NCBI GenBank assembly: GCA_031288305.1
Contig: JAITRP010000026.1
Coordinates: 1 to 60,883, forward strand
Source of the DNA: Zoogloeaceae bacterium
Lineage (GTDB): Bacteria > Pseudomonadota > Gammaproteobacteria > Burkholderiales > Rhodocyclaceae
Length of the DNA: 60,883 bases
Direction of reading: 5' to 3'
Every line of letters starts with the position of its first letter. The first letter of the stretch is position 1. Position numbers and translations under genes: made by a program. Positions 50,801-60,883 of this stretch are shown piece after piece. The notes below the pieces were generated by a model. The model ran no database searches and was not told where the DNA came from. It saw nothing but the letters and a program-made list of their open reading frames with translations.

Positions 50801-50972
50801 AGCAAGAAATTAGCGGCAGCCCTTCAGGGCTGCCGGTCTAACGTCATTGGGAAGGGGTTTCTCTCCCCTCCCCAATGGCTACACGGTCGAAACCCCGGCC
50901 TTCAGGCCGGGGTCTCACCTTCGCACTGCCCTGAAGGGCGGGGTTTCAAACCGGAGTTAGTTTTACGATGAA
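50801..50972 (+). mobile_element. Repeat family R1, copy 4
   Basis: AGCAAGAAATTAGCGGCAGCCCTTCAGGGCTGCC...TTTTACGATGAA. Confidence 0.9.
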
Positions 50973-51085
50973 CAGGGTCCCCAGAAGACAGGGGACAGAA
51001 CGGCGCTACGCGCCTTTATGGCAGGGACGGCAACCTGCCCCCTGCAAGAACCCGCAGGACGTGCCATGACAGGCATGATGATCGC

Positions 51086-52291
51086 TCAGTCCTTCAGTCC
51101 TCTGTTCGCGCGCCGCGTCTGCCAGATGACGAGCAGCGCGCCGATTCCGCCAAATGCCGCCATGCCGATCGACAGATTCAGGCGGCTGCCCCAGAGTATT
51201 GGCGCAACGAAGGCCGCGATGGCGGAATTGATGATGGTTTGCACGAACGCCTGGCAGGATGCGGCGGTTCCCCGGTTCTGCGGAAACATGTCGAGGCCGC
51301 GCAGGGTGACGGTAGGAATGGTCATGGCGATGCCCAGGTTGTAGCCGATGATGGGCAGGACGGCGGGAACGCGCCAGGGCGGCAAGAAACCAGAAACCAG
51401 CAGATTGAGGCAAGCCGACGCGCCCATGACGGCAAAGGCGACATACAGGGTGCGGCAATCGCTCCAGCGTCCTGATACGCGCCCGGAAATCCAGGAGCCG
51501 CTCATCATGCCGATCATGGCGGGGATGAACAGCCAGTGAAAATCGGTTGCGCCCAATCCCAGAAGTTCGCGAATAAAAGCCGTCGCGGACATCACATACA
51601 CGAAGAAGCCGCCAAAAAACAGCCCCAGACCAATGGAAAGCAGCATAAAGGCTGGATTGCTCATGATGCTTTTGTAATTTTCAAGCAGGGGTAGAATGGC
51701 GAAGGATCGGCGTTTTTCCAGCGGCAGGGATTCGGGCAGTTGCCGCCAGCAGACAAGCAGCAACAGGACAGACGCCAGGACAAGGAAGAAAAATATGGCG
51801 CGCCAGCCCGCCAGGTGCAATATCCAGCCGCCAAACATGGGCGCGATGGCGGGCGCTACCGCGAACATGATGGCAATCTGGGCAATCAGCCGCTGGGCCT
51901 CCGCGCCATCATAGAGATCGCGCACGATGGCGCGGCCAATCACCATACCCGCGCCAGCGGCAAGCCCTTGCAAAGCGCGCATCGTCCAGAGCATTTCAAT
52001 GCTGTCCGAAAAAGCGCAGCCGAGCGTGGACAGGGCATAGACGGCAATGCTGGCCAGAATTACCCGGCGACGCCCGAAACTGTCGGAAAGCGCGCCGTGC
52101 CAGAGCGTCATCAGGCCGAAGGTGACAAGATAAATGGAAAGCGTCTGCTGGATTTGCAGGGAATCGGCAGAAAGCGCCGCGCTGATTTCAGGAAAGGCGG
52201 GCAGGTAGGCGTCAATGGAAAACGGGCCGATGGCGGCCAGCGCCGCCAGCAAAACGGCAAGGTTCAAGCGGCGGCGCGCTGTCGTGTTCAT
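51086..52291 (-). CDS. Bcr/CflA-family MFS efflux transporter
   Basis: PFSIDAYLPAFP, GALSDSFGRR.V, RAIVRDLY and 12 TM helices. Confidence 0.92.
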   Translation of the reverse strand: MNTTARRRLNLAVLLAALAAIGPFSIDAYLPAFPEISAALSADSLQIQQTLSIYLVTFGLMTLWHGALSDSFGRRRVILASIAVYALSTLGCAFSDSIEMLWTMRALQGLAAGAGMVIGRAIVRDLYDGAEAQRLIAQIAIMFAVAPAIAPMFGGWILHLAGWRAIFFFLVLASVLLLLVCWRQLPESLPLEKRRSFAILPLLENYKSIMSNPAFMLLSIGLGLFFGGFFVYVMSATAFIRELLGLGATDFHWLFIPAMIGMMSGSWISGRVSGRWSDCRTLYVAFAVMGASACLNLLVSGFLPPWRVPAVLPIIGYNLGIAMTIPTVTLRGLDMFPQNRGTAASCQAFVQTIINSAIAAFVAPILWGSRLNLSIGMAAFGGIGALLVIWQTRRANRGLKD

Positions 52292-53817
52292 GCCGACTCG
52301 ATGAATGGGCGGCGGTATTGCAGGGCTTCCGCCAAATGATTCTTTTCGATGCTGGCAGAAGCCGTCAGATCGGCGATGGTGCGCGCGACCTTCATCGCCC
52401 GATGCCAGGAGCGGGCGGTCAGGTCAAGGCGGGCGGCAGCATGCGTCAGCAGGTTCGCGGCTTCCTGGCTCATGGCGGCGTATTGTTCGATGTTTTCCGG
52501 CCCCAGACAGGCATTGCTCATGCCTTGCCTCGCCCGCTGCATTGCCGCCGCCGCCGCCACCCGCTCCCGAATCCGCGCCGAGGCTTCGCCGCCGCCCGTC
52601 TGCGCCAGCGTTTGCGCGGGCAAGGCCGGAACTTCGATGAGCATATCCATGCGGTCGAGGATGGGGCCGGAGATGCGGCTGCGATAACGCTGGATCTTGT
52701 CCGACGAACAATGGCAGCGTCCGTTGGGATGTCCCTGCCAGCCGCAGGGACAGGGATTCATCGCCGCCACCAGTTGAAAACGCGCCGGAAAGGTGGCGTG
52801 ACGGGCGGCGCGGGCGATATGAATCTGGCCGCGTTCCAGCGGCTCGCGCAGGCTTTCCAGCACCTTCCGGTCGAATTCCGGAAACTCGTCAAGAAAGAGA
52901 ACGCCCTGCGTGGCAAGGCTGATTTCCCCAGGTCGCGGCGGACTGCCGCCGCCCACCAGGGCAACGGCGGAAGCGGTAGCGTGCGGCGCGCGGTAGGGAC
53001 GAACACGAAACTGCGCGGGGTCAAAACGTCCGGCCAGCGACAATACGGCGGCGGATTCACGCGCCGCCGCGTCATCAAGCGGCGGCATGAGACCGGGAAG
53101 CCGCGCCGCCAGCATGGATTTGCCGCTGCCCGGCGGGCCGAACATCAACAGCGAATGCCCGCCCGCCGCCGCGATTTCCAGGACGCGCCGCGCCTGCGAT
53201 TGTCCCTTGATGTCGGCCATATCGGGAAAAACCGGCGGCGCGCCAACACCTTTCGCCTGGCCGGGAACAAGCTCGCCTTGCCCGGCAAGCCAGGCGCAAA
53301 CTTCCAGCAGGGATTTCGCGCCCAGCGTCTCGCCCGCTTCCGCCAGCGCGGCTTCGTCAGCGCTCTCTTTTGGCAGGACAAAACGCGCCGCCTTCCCTTC
53401 AACACCCGCTTCCTGTTGCGAGAACAGCGCCATGGCAAACGCGCCGCGTATGGGCTGCAAATCGCCGGAAAGCGAGAGTTCGCCCGCGAACTCGTATTCC
53501 TGAAACGGTTCCCGCAAGACCTGCGCCGGGAACTGACCGGAAGCGGCGAGAATGCCCAGCGCGATGGGCAGATCGTAACGCCCGGATTCCTTGGGCAAAT
53601 CGGCGGGCGCCAGATTGACGGTAATGCGTCCCAAGGGAAACTCAAAACCGGAATTGCGTATCGCGGCGCGCACACGGTCGCGCGCTTCCTTGACCTCGGT
53701 ATCAGGCAGACCTACCAGCGTAAACTGGGGAACGCCCGGCTCCAGATGCGCCTCGACCCGCACCCGTGGCGCGCGCAGGCCATCGACGCCCCGGCACCAG
53801 AGGCTGGCGAGCGGCAT
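52288..53817 (-). CDS. comM: YifB/ComM Mg-chelatase-like AAA+ ATPase
   Basis: VGLPD..VKEARDRVR, NLAPADLPK, GPPGSGKSM, LFLDEFPEF and AAMNPCPCG. Confidence 0.93.
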   Translation of the reverse strand: MPLASLWCRGVDGLRAPRVRVEAHLEPGVPQFTLVGLPDTEVKEARDRVRAAIRNSGFEFPLGRITVNLAPADLPKESGRYDLPIALGILAASGQFPAQVLREPFQEYEFAGELSLSGDLQPIRGAFAMALFSQQEAGVEGKAARFVLPKESADEAALAEAGETLGAKSLLEVCAWLAGQGELVPGQAKGVGAPPVFPDMADIKGQSQARRVLEIAAAGGHSLLMFGPPGSGKSMLAARLPGLMPPLDDAAARESAAVLSLAGRFDPAQFRVRPYRAPHATASAVALVGGGSPPRPGEISLATQGVLFLDEFPEFDRKVLESLREPLERGQIHIARAARHATFPARFQLVAAMNPCPCGWQGHPNGRCHCSSDKIQRYRSRISGPILDRMDMLIEVPALPAQTLAQTGGGEASARIRERVAAAAAMQRARQGMSNACLGPENIEQYAAMSQEAANLLTHAAARLDLTARSWHRAMKVARTIADLTASASIEKNHLAEALQYRRPFIESA

Positions 53818-53827
53818 GATGGCGGGA

Positions 53828-54776
<949 letters not shown>

Positions 54777-54789
54777 GGAGAATACCATC

Positions 54790-56190
54790 ATGAAACGTCT
54801 GTTTGCACTCTTGAGCCTATTGGGCGCCGTCAGCTTGGGAACACCCGCCTGGGCGCAGGAAGCCGCTCCCGCGGAGGCCGTCGTCAGCGAAACGGCGGTG
54901 GTCGTCGTGGAAACCACGCCCGCCGCCGCGGAACCCGAAGCCGCACAAGCCTCCGTCACGCCGCCCGACAGCGGCGACACCTCCTGGATGCTCACCTCCA
55001 CCATGCTGGTCATCCTGATGACCATCCCTGGTCTGGCGCTGTTCTATGGCGGCCTGGCGCGCAGCAAGAACATGCTTTCCGTGCTCATGCATGTCTTCAT
55101 CATTTTCTGCCTGATGACCCTGTTGTGGTGTCTCTATGGCTACAGCCTGGCGTTCTCCAACCCGGCGGAGGGCGACGCAGGGGCGATTCTCGGAAATCTG
55201 GACAAACTTTTCCTGAGCGGCATCGGCACCGGCAGTCTCAACAACACCATGCCGGAATACGTCTGGGTCGCCTTCCAGTCCACCTTCGCCGCCATTACCA
55301 CGGCGCTGATCGTCGGCGCGTTCGCGGAACGCATCCGCTTTTCCGCCGTCGTCATTTTCGCCATCCTCTGGTACACCTTCAGCTATGTGCCGATGGCGCA
55401 CATCGTCTGGGGCGGCGGTTTCCTGGGCGCGGACGGCGCGCTCGATTTCGCGGGCGGCACGGTGGTGCATATCAACGCTGGCATCGCCGGTCTGGTGGGC
55501 GCTTATCTCTTGGGCAAGCGCATCGGCTTCGGACGTGAAGCCATGACGCCGCACTCGCTCACCCTGACCATGGTCGGCGCATCCCTCCTGTGGGTCGGCT
55601 GGTTCGGCTTCAATGCCGGTTCCGCGGGCGCCGCCAACGGCCTGGCGGGTCTGGCCTTTGTGAATACCATACTGGCGACCGCCGCGGCGACGCTTGCCTG
55701 GATCACGGGCGAGGCCATCTTCAAGGGACACCCTTCCAGCCTCGGCGCGGCTTCCGGCGCGGTGGCCGGTCTGGTGGCGGTGACGCCGGCGGCGGGCTAT
55801 GTCGGGCCGATGGGTTCCATCGTTATCGGCATTGCCGCTGGCTTCATCTGCCTGTGGGGCGTGAATGGCCTGAAGAAAATACTGGGCGCGGATGACGCCT
55901 TCGATGTCTTCGGCGTGCATGGCGTCGGCGGCATTCTGGGCGCGATTCTCACCGGCGTTCTTGCCGCCCCCGATCTGGGCGGCCAAGGCTTTGGCGAAGG
56001 CAACGCCAACATGGCGGCGCAGGTCTTCGTGCAGGTGAAGAGCGTCGGCGTCACCATTCTCTGGTCGGGCGTCGTCGCCTTCGTCTCTTACAAGATCGCC
56101 GACATCTTCGTCGGCCTCAGGGTTCCAGAAGAAGAAGAACGCCAAGGCCTGGACATCACCGCCCACGGCGAAACCGCCTATCACTTCTGA
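54790..56190 (+). CDS. amtB: Ammonium transporter
   Basis: PGLALFYGGL, DFAGGTVVHINAG, WFGFNAGS and HGVGG. Confidence 0.98.
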   Translation: MKRLFALLSLLGAVSLGTPAWAQEAAPAEAVVSETAVVVVETTPAAAEPEAAQASVTPPDSGDTSWMLTSTMLVILMTIPGLALFYGGLARSKNMLSVLMHVFIIFCLMTLLWCLYGYSLAFSNPAEGDAGAILGNLDKLFLSGIGTGSLNNTMPEYVWVAFQSTFAAITTALIVGAFAERIRFSAVVIFAILWYTFSYVPMAHIVWGGGFLGADGALDFAGGTVVHINAGIAGLVGAYLLGKRIGFGREAMTPHSLTLTMVGASLLWVGWFGFNAGSAGAANGLAGLAFVNTILATAAATLAWITGEAIFKGHPSSLGAASGAVAGLVAVTPAAGYVGPMGSIVIGIAAGFICLWGVNGLKKILGADDAFDVFGVHGVGGILGAILTGVLAAPDLGGQGFGEGNANMAAQVFVQVKSVGVTILWSGVVAFVSYKIADIFVGLRVPEEEERQGLDITAHGETAYHF

Positions 56191-56219
56191 CGAGACGAAC
56201 ACAATCCTCCTCTCCTTTT

Positions 56220-56244
56220 GCGCTCCAACGGGGCGCTTTTTTTT
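56220..56244 (+). terminator. Intrinsic terminator after amtB
   Basis: GCGCTCC-AACG-GGGCGC followed by T8. Confidence 0.75.
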
Positions 56245-56302
56245 GCGCCCGCGCGGGAGATTCCGGGTGGAGTTCAACCCGAAACGCCGCCGCCCGCAAG
56301 GG

Positions 56303-57070
56303 TCAGGCGTCAAGGATGACGCAAACGGGCGCGTGATCGGAGGGACGTTCGCGTTTGCGGGGAGCGCGGTCGATATCTGCGGCGATGACGCGCGCGGCGA
56401 GGGGAGCGGAAAGCAGGATGTGGTCGATACGCAGGCCGTGGTTTTTCACGAAGCCCAACTGACGGTAATCCCACCAGGAAAAGCTCTTTTCGGGCTGCGG
56501 GAAAAGCCGGAAACTGTCTTCTAGCCCCAAATCCAGCAGGGCGGAAAAAGCGGCGCGTTCGGGTTCCGAACAGAGAATCCGTCCTGCCCAAGCGGCGGGA
56601 TTGTAAACATCCCTATCCTCCGGGGCGATGTTGAAGTCCCCGCACAGCGCCAGATCGCGGCGCGCCGCCAGTTCTTCCTTGAGCCATGCGGCAAGCGCGG
56701 CAAACCACTTCAGCTTGTAGGCGTATTTGTCGCTGCCGACGGCCTGGCCATTGGGACAATAGGCCGAAATGACGCGCATGCCGCTGATGGTCGCGGCAAT
56801 CAGGCGTTTTTGCGCATCGGGAAAATACGGGTTGCCAATTTGGATGTCTTCCAGCGGGCAGCGGGAAGCCAGCGCAACGCCGTTATAGGTTTTCTGCCCG
56901 CCGCAAGCGACATGATAGCCTGCGGCGGCAAGTTCGGCGCGGGGAAAATTCGCGTCTTCGAGTTTGGTTTCCTGCAAGCAGACAATATCCGTCCCGCTCT
57001 GGACGAGCCAGTCCAGCAGATGAGGAAGGCGCACCTTGAGGCTATTGACGTTCCAGGTGGCGATTTTCAT
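56303..57070 (-). CDS. xth: Exodeoxyribonuclease III
   Basis: MKIATWNVNSL, LQETK, GDFNIAP, SWWDYR, RIDHIL and SDHAPV. Confidence 0.97.
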   Translation of the reverse strand: MKIATWNVNSLKVRLPHLLDWLVQSGTDIVCLQETKLEDANFPRAELAAAGYHVACGGQKTYNGVALASRCPLEDIQIGNPYFPDAQKRLIAATISGMRVISAYCPNGQAVGSDKYAYKLKWFAALAAWLKEELAARRDLALCGDFNIAPEDRDVYNPAAWAGRILCSEPERAAFSALLDLGLEDSFRLFPQPEKSFSWWDYRQLGFVKNHGLRIDHILLSAPLAARVIAADIDRAPRKRERPSDHAPVCVILDA

Positions 57071-57153
57071 GGGAGGAGCGGCGCGCCCAACATAAAAACT
57101 CGGGCGCAGGCTCTTCGATCCCCCGCGCCCGGATTATCCGGCAAAGCCCGCTA

Positions 57154-57672
57154 TTATTGTCCGGCGGCGGCAGCCGGCGCGCCCTCGACTTTGGGATAAC
57201 CCGCCAGATCAAGGGCGCTGTGATAGGAAGCCGCGTCAAAGCCGCGTATTTTTTGCCGCCCAATCAGCACGCTCGGCACGTAGGTGTCGCCCACCAGCTT
57301 GGAGAGTTCGACCTGATCCGCCTCGGACTGCACCACCTTTTCAGTGAAAGGAACGCTGCGCTTGTTCAGCAGATCGCGCGCTTCCTTGCAAGCATCGCAA
57401 TCCGTGCCGACATAGAGCACCACCGGATATTTTTCCGATGCCATGCGAATCGTGTAGGGAAGATCGGGGTCATATTCGTCATCCGCATATCCGCTGGCGT
57501 TGATGCGCACCACGTTCTTGGCGTTGCCCGGCGGCGCGGTGTCGGTATACATGGTGCGTCCGGTTGCCGGATCGATCCAGCGCCAGGTCTGCGCCGGGAG
57601 GGAAGCGGCAAACAGCGCGCAATACAACCCCAGCACGGTCAGGACGATGTTCTGCAAGCGAAAATGAATCAT
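57154..57672 (-). CDS. DUF4124 + glutaredoxin-domain exported protein
   Basis: Signal peptide, WRWID..GR..YTD.PP, CDAC redox motif and VP. Confidence 0.85.
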   Translation of the reverse strand: MIHFRLQNIVLTVLGLYCALFAASLPAQTWRWIDPATGRTMYTDTAPPGNAKNVVRINASGYADDEYDPDLPYTIRMASEKYPVVLYVGTDCDACKEARDLLNKRSVPFTEKVVQSEADQVELSKLVGDTYVPSVLIGRQKIRGFDAASYHSALDLAGYPKVEGAPAAAAGQ

Positions 57673-57691
57673 GGTCAAAACCTCCAAGAAA

Positions 57692-59737
57692 TTACGCTGT
57701 GATCATACCACTATGGCGCAGCAAGGCATCTATTTTTGGCGTCCTGCCGCGAAAAGCCTTGAAGGATTCCAGCGCCGGACGCGCGCCGCCCTGCGTCAGG
57801 ATTTCGTCGAGAAATCGCCTGCCTGTAGCGGCATCCAGCGGATTACCGGTTTCCTCGAAAGCGGCGTAGGCGTCAGCGGAAAGCACTTCCGCCCATTTGT
57901 AACTGTAATAGCCCGCCGCGTAACCGCCGCCAAAAATGTGCGAAAAGCCGTTGGGAAAACGCTGCCACGCGGGCGGAAAGAATACCGCGACTTCCTTGCG
58001 CGCCGCGTCCAGCACCGTCTGAACGCAATCCTTGCGCGGATCGAAGGCGCTATGCAGCAGCATGTCGAAGAGGGCGAATTCGAGCTGACGCACGGTCGCC
58101 ATGCCGCTCTGGAAATTCCTCGCCGCGTACATCTTGTCGAACAGCGCGCGCGGCAAGGGTTCGCCGCTATCGACATGCGCGGTCATTTCCTTCAATACCG
58201 TCCATTCCCAGCAAAAATTTTCCATGAACTGCGAAGGCAGTTCCACGGCGTCCCATTCCACGCCATCGATGCCGGAAACGCCCAGTTCTTCCCTTTGCGT
58301 CAAAAGATGATGCAAGCCGTGTCCCGCCTCGTGGAACAGTGTCTGCACCTCGTCATGCGTGAAGGTGGCGGGTTTGTCCCCCAGCGGCGGGGAAAAATTG
58401 CACGCCAGGCAGGCTACGGGCGTTTGCAGTGTGCCGTCGCTTTTGCGATAACGGCTGACGAGAGAATCCATCCACGCGCCGCCGCATTTTTCCGCGCGCG
58501 CGTACAAATCCAGACAGAGCGCGCCAATCGACTCGCCCCGCGCGTTTTCGACGCGATAAAAGCGCACGCTTTTATGCCAGACCGGGGCGGCATCCGGTTT
58601 GATGGTCACCCCGTAGAGACGCTCGACGACATGGAACAATCCGGCGATTACCCTGGGTTCGGTGAAATAGGGGCGCACTTCCTGTTCGGAAAAGGCGTAG
58701 CGCGCCTGCAGGAGCTTTTCCGAGGCATAGGCCAGATCCCAGGCTTCGAGCCGCTCCAGACCCAGTTTTTCGGCGGCAAACGCCCGCAGTTCCCGCATGT
58801 CCCGTTCGGCAAAGGGTTTGGCGCGGGACGCCATGTCGCGCAGGAAGGCCAGCGCCTCGGCGGGCGAATCCGCCATCTTGGGCGCAAGCGATACTTCCGC
58901 AAAATTGCGATAACCCAGCAATGCCGCTTCCTCCGCCCGCAATTCCAGCATGCGCGTCATCAGCGGGGCGTTGTCCCATTCCGGCTTGCCGCCCGCGTCG
59001 GCAAACTCCGCGGCGCGCGTGGCATGGGCGCGATAGAGGCGATGGCGCAGGTCGCGGTTGTCGGCATATTGCATCACCGGCAGATAAGAAGGCGCGCGCA
59101 AGGTGAATTTCCAGCCGGGAAGCCCGTCGGATTGCGCCGCCTCGCGCGCGGCGCGCAGCACTTCCGGCGGCAGACCGCTCAAATCTTTTTCTTCCGTGAT
59201 TACCTCGACAAAGGCGTTGGTCGCGTCCAGCAGGTTTTCCGAGAACTTCGCCGCAAGCGTCGAAAGCTCCTCCATGATGACGGCAAAGCGCGGCTTGTCG
59301 GCGTCCGCCAGTTCCGCGCCGGAGAGACGAAAATCGCGGATCTCGTTTTCCACGATGCGCCGCTGCGCACAATTGAGCCGTTCGAAGCCGGCGCTGTCGC
59401 GCAGCGCCTTGTACTTTTCAAACAGCGCCAGATTCTGCCCCATCTCGCTGTAGAAGCGGGAAACCTCCGGCAACAGGGCGTTATAGGCGTCGCGCCAGAC
59501 CGGAACATCCTGAACGGAGTGCAGGTGCCCAACCACGCCCCATGCCCAGGCGAGCCGCTCCAGCCCCTCGTGCAATGGCGCGGCGAAATCCTTCCAGCTC
59601 GCGTGCGTCTCCGGTGCGGTCAGGCGCTGTATCAGCGCCCGCCCATCGGCGAGCAAACGGGTGATGGCAGGCGCGACATGTTCCGGCAGGACGCGATCGA
59701 AGGCGGGAAAGGGTTCCGTGCTCAAAAGGGGATTCAT
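57692..59737 (-). CDS. prlC: Oligopeptidase A (M3 metallopeptidase)
   Basis: [24 protein letters not shown] and [20 protein letters not shown]. Confidence 0.96.
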   Translation of the reverse strand: MNPLLSTEPFPAFDRVLPEHVAPAITRLLADGRALIQRLTAPETHASWKDFAAPLHEGLERLAWAWGVVGHLHSVQDVPVWRDAYNALLPEVSRFYSEMGQNLALFEKYKALRDSAGFERLNCAQRRIVENEIRDFRLSGAELADADKPRFAVIMEELSTLAAKFSENLLDATNAFVEVITEEKDLSGLPPEVLRAAREAAQSDGLPGWKFTLRAPSYLPVMQYADNRDLRHRLYRAHATRAAEFADAGGKPEWDNAPLMTRMLELRAEEAALLGYRNFAEVSLAPKMADSPAEALAFLRDMASRAKPFAERDMRELRAFAAEKLGLERLEAWDLAYASEKLLQARYAFSEQEVRPYFTEPRVIAGLFHVVERLYGVTIKPDAAPVWHKSVRFYRVENARGESIGALCLDLYARAEKCGGAWMDSLVSRYRKSDGTLQTPVACLACNFSPPLGDKPATFTHDEVQTLFHEAGHGLHHLLTQREELGVSGIDGVEWDAVELPSQFMENFCWEWTVLKEMTAHVDSGEPLPRALFDKMYAARNFQSGMATVRQLEFALFDMLLHSAFDPRKDCVQTVLDAARKEVAVFFPPAWQRFPNGFSHIFGGGYAAGYYSYKWAEVLSADAYAAFEETGNPLDAATGRRFLDEILTQGGARPALESFKAFRGRTPKIDALLRHSGMITA

Positions 59738-60681
59738 GTCGGCAGCTTTTCTCCGGTCAGCCGTTCGCAGGCTTCCACGTATTTCTCGCTGGTGCGGCGG
59801 ATGACTTCGGCGGGAAGGCGGGGGCCGGGCGCTTTTTTGTTCCAGTCCAGGGTTTCCAGGTAATCGCGCACGAACTGCTTGTCGAAGCTTGCGGGATTCT
59901 CGCCCTCGCGGTAATTGTCGGCGGGCCAGAAGCGGGAAGAATCCGGCGTCAGCGCCTCGTCGATCAGGTAGAGCGTTCCCGAGGCATCCACGCCGAATTC
60001 AAACTTGGTGTCCGCGATGATGATGCCGCGCCCCAGCGCATGGGCGGCGGCTTCCCGGTACAGCGCCAGCGCCGCGTCACGCGCCTCGCCGCATATCGCC
60101 TCGCCGCTTTTGCCCGCGCCTTCCAGGACATTCGCCAGCCGCGCCGCGCAAAGTTCTTGCGCCTCGGAAAAGGAGATGTTTTCATCATGCTCGCCGATTT
60201 CCGCCTTGGTCGCGGGCGTGAAGATCGGCTCCGGCAGACGCGCGGCCAGCTTGAGTCCGGCGGGCAGCGGCAGGCCGCATACCGCGCCGGTTTGCTGGTA
60301 ATCCTTCCAGCCCGAACCGATCAGATGCCCGCGCGCCACCGCCTCGATCGGCAAGGGCTGCAAACGCCGCGCCACCACCGCGCGCCCGATGACCTGCGCG
60401 GCTTCTTCCGGCGCGACCACGCTTTGCGGATCGATGCCCGTGAGTTGATTGGGAAGGATGTGCGCGAGCTTTTCGAACCAGAAATTCGCTACCGCCGTCA
60501 GCACCTGTCCTTTCTTCGGAATCGGGTCGGGCAGGATGACGTCGAAGGCCGAAAGCCGATCGGTGGCGACGATCAGGAGCTTGTCCGCGCCAACCGCATA
60601 GATGTCCCGCACCTTGCCCCTCGATACCAGAGGCAGACTGCGGATGGCGGTTTCAAAGACAGGAGAAGAAGATAAGGACAT
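59734..60681 (-). CDS. purC: SAICAR synthase
   Basis: [32 protein letters not shown] and FDKQFVRD. Confidence 0.97.
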   Translation of the reverse strand: MSLSSSPVFETAIRSLPLVSRGKVRDIYAVGADKLLIVATDRLSAFDVILPDPIPKKGQVLTAVANFWFEKLAHILPNQLTGIDPQSVVAPEEAAQVIGRAVVARRLQPLPIEAVARGHLIGSGWKDYQQTGAVCGLPLPAGLKLAARLPEPIFTPATKAEIGEHDENISFSEAQELCAARLANVLEGAGKSGEAICGEARDAALALYREAAAHALGRGIIIADTKFEFGVDASGTLYLIDEALTPDSSRFWPADNYREGENPASFDKQFVRDYLETLDWNKKAPGPRLPAEVIRRTSEKYVEACERLTGEKLPT

Positions 60682-60761
60682 GACGGCCTCGCGGCGACAG
60701 GAATGAACAGGGAGGCGATTATATGATCAGAAGACGGAGAAAAGGACGGAGCAACCTGGGT

Positions 60762-60883
60762 GCAAGTAAATATCCCCCGGCAGAGCCGGGGGCTTTGGAT
60801 TGTGAGCCGCTCAAAGCGGCTGGCAGGGACGCTGACGCGGCACCAAAGCTTTGCGCCGCCTGCGAGGCGGCGCCCTCCTGCAT
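60762..60883 (-). mobile_element. IS200-like element end or derived non-autonomous element (truncated by window end)
   Basis: GCAAGTAAATATCCCCCGGCAGAGCCGGGGG, GCCGCTCAAAGCGGC and GCGCCGCCTGCGAGGCGGCGC form a hairpin series that I recognise from IS200-type tnpA 3' ends. Confidence 0.6.

Noticed and set aside
57671-59863. 730-aa plus-strand ORF and similar long ORFs opposite smc, comM, amtB, efeB and the secretin
   Set aside because: Shadow ORFs of well-supported genes.

Overview
GC-rich betaproteobacterial chromosome segment. Synteny (smc-zipA-ligA, comM-ubiK/glnK-amtB) suggests Rhodocyclales-like, which is an inference. Housekeeping blocks are ampD (partial), rpsO-pnp, galU-hpt-mutM, smc-zipA-ligA-L,D-transpeptidase, yebC, a menA-like gene, a Fur-boxed efeU::efeO-efeB-efeO iron uptake operon, MFS-comM-ubiK, sigma54/NtrC-type glnK-amtB and purC-prlC-grx-xth. 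A ~20 kb accessory island (~31.0-51.0 kb) interrupts them. It holds a decayed ICE-type replication gene (STY4528-like), a frameshifted tyrosine integrase and a 15-gene MSHA/T2SS-like type IV filament operon with seven prepilin-like proteins. Three of these (761, 461 and 430 aa) carry C-terminal extensions made of a hydrophobic hairpin plus a coiled coil, reminiscent of translocators or alpha-pore-forming proteins. They share a C-terminal D-x-x-G-(G)L motif and sit on an AT-richer block whose edge coincides with the pilin/extension junction. This is the best candidate for an undescribed system, and its function is purely inferred. Intergenic DNA contains at least five families of non-autonomous palindromic repeats, including a mosaic 172-bp IS200/IS605-like element and one family that supplies RBS and start codons to pilus genes. 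No CRISPR, tRNA or rRNA was seen. All calls are by eye from motifs, and no database search was run.
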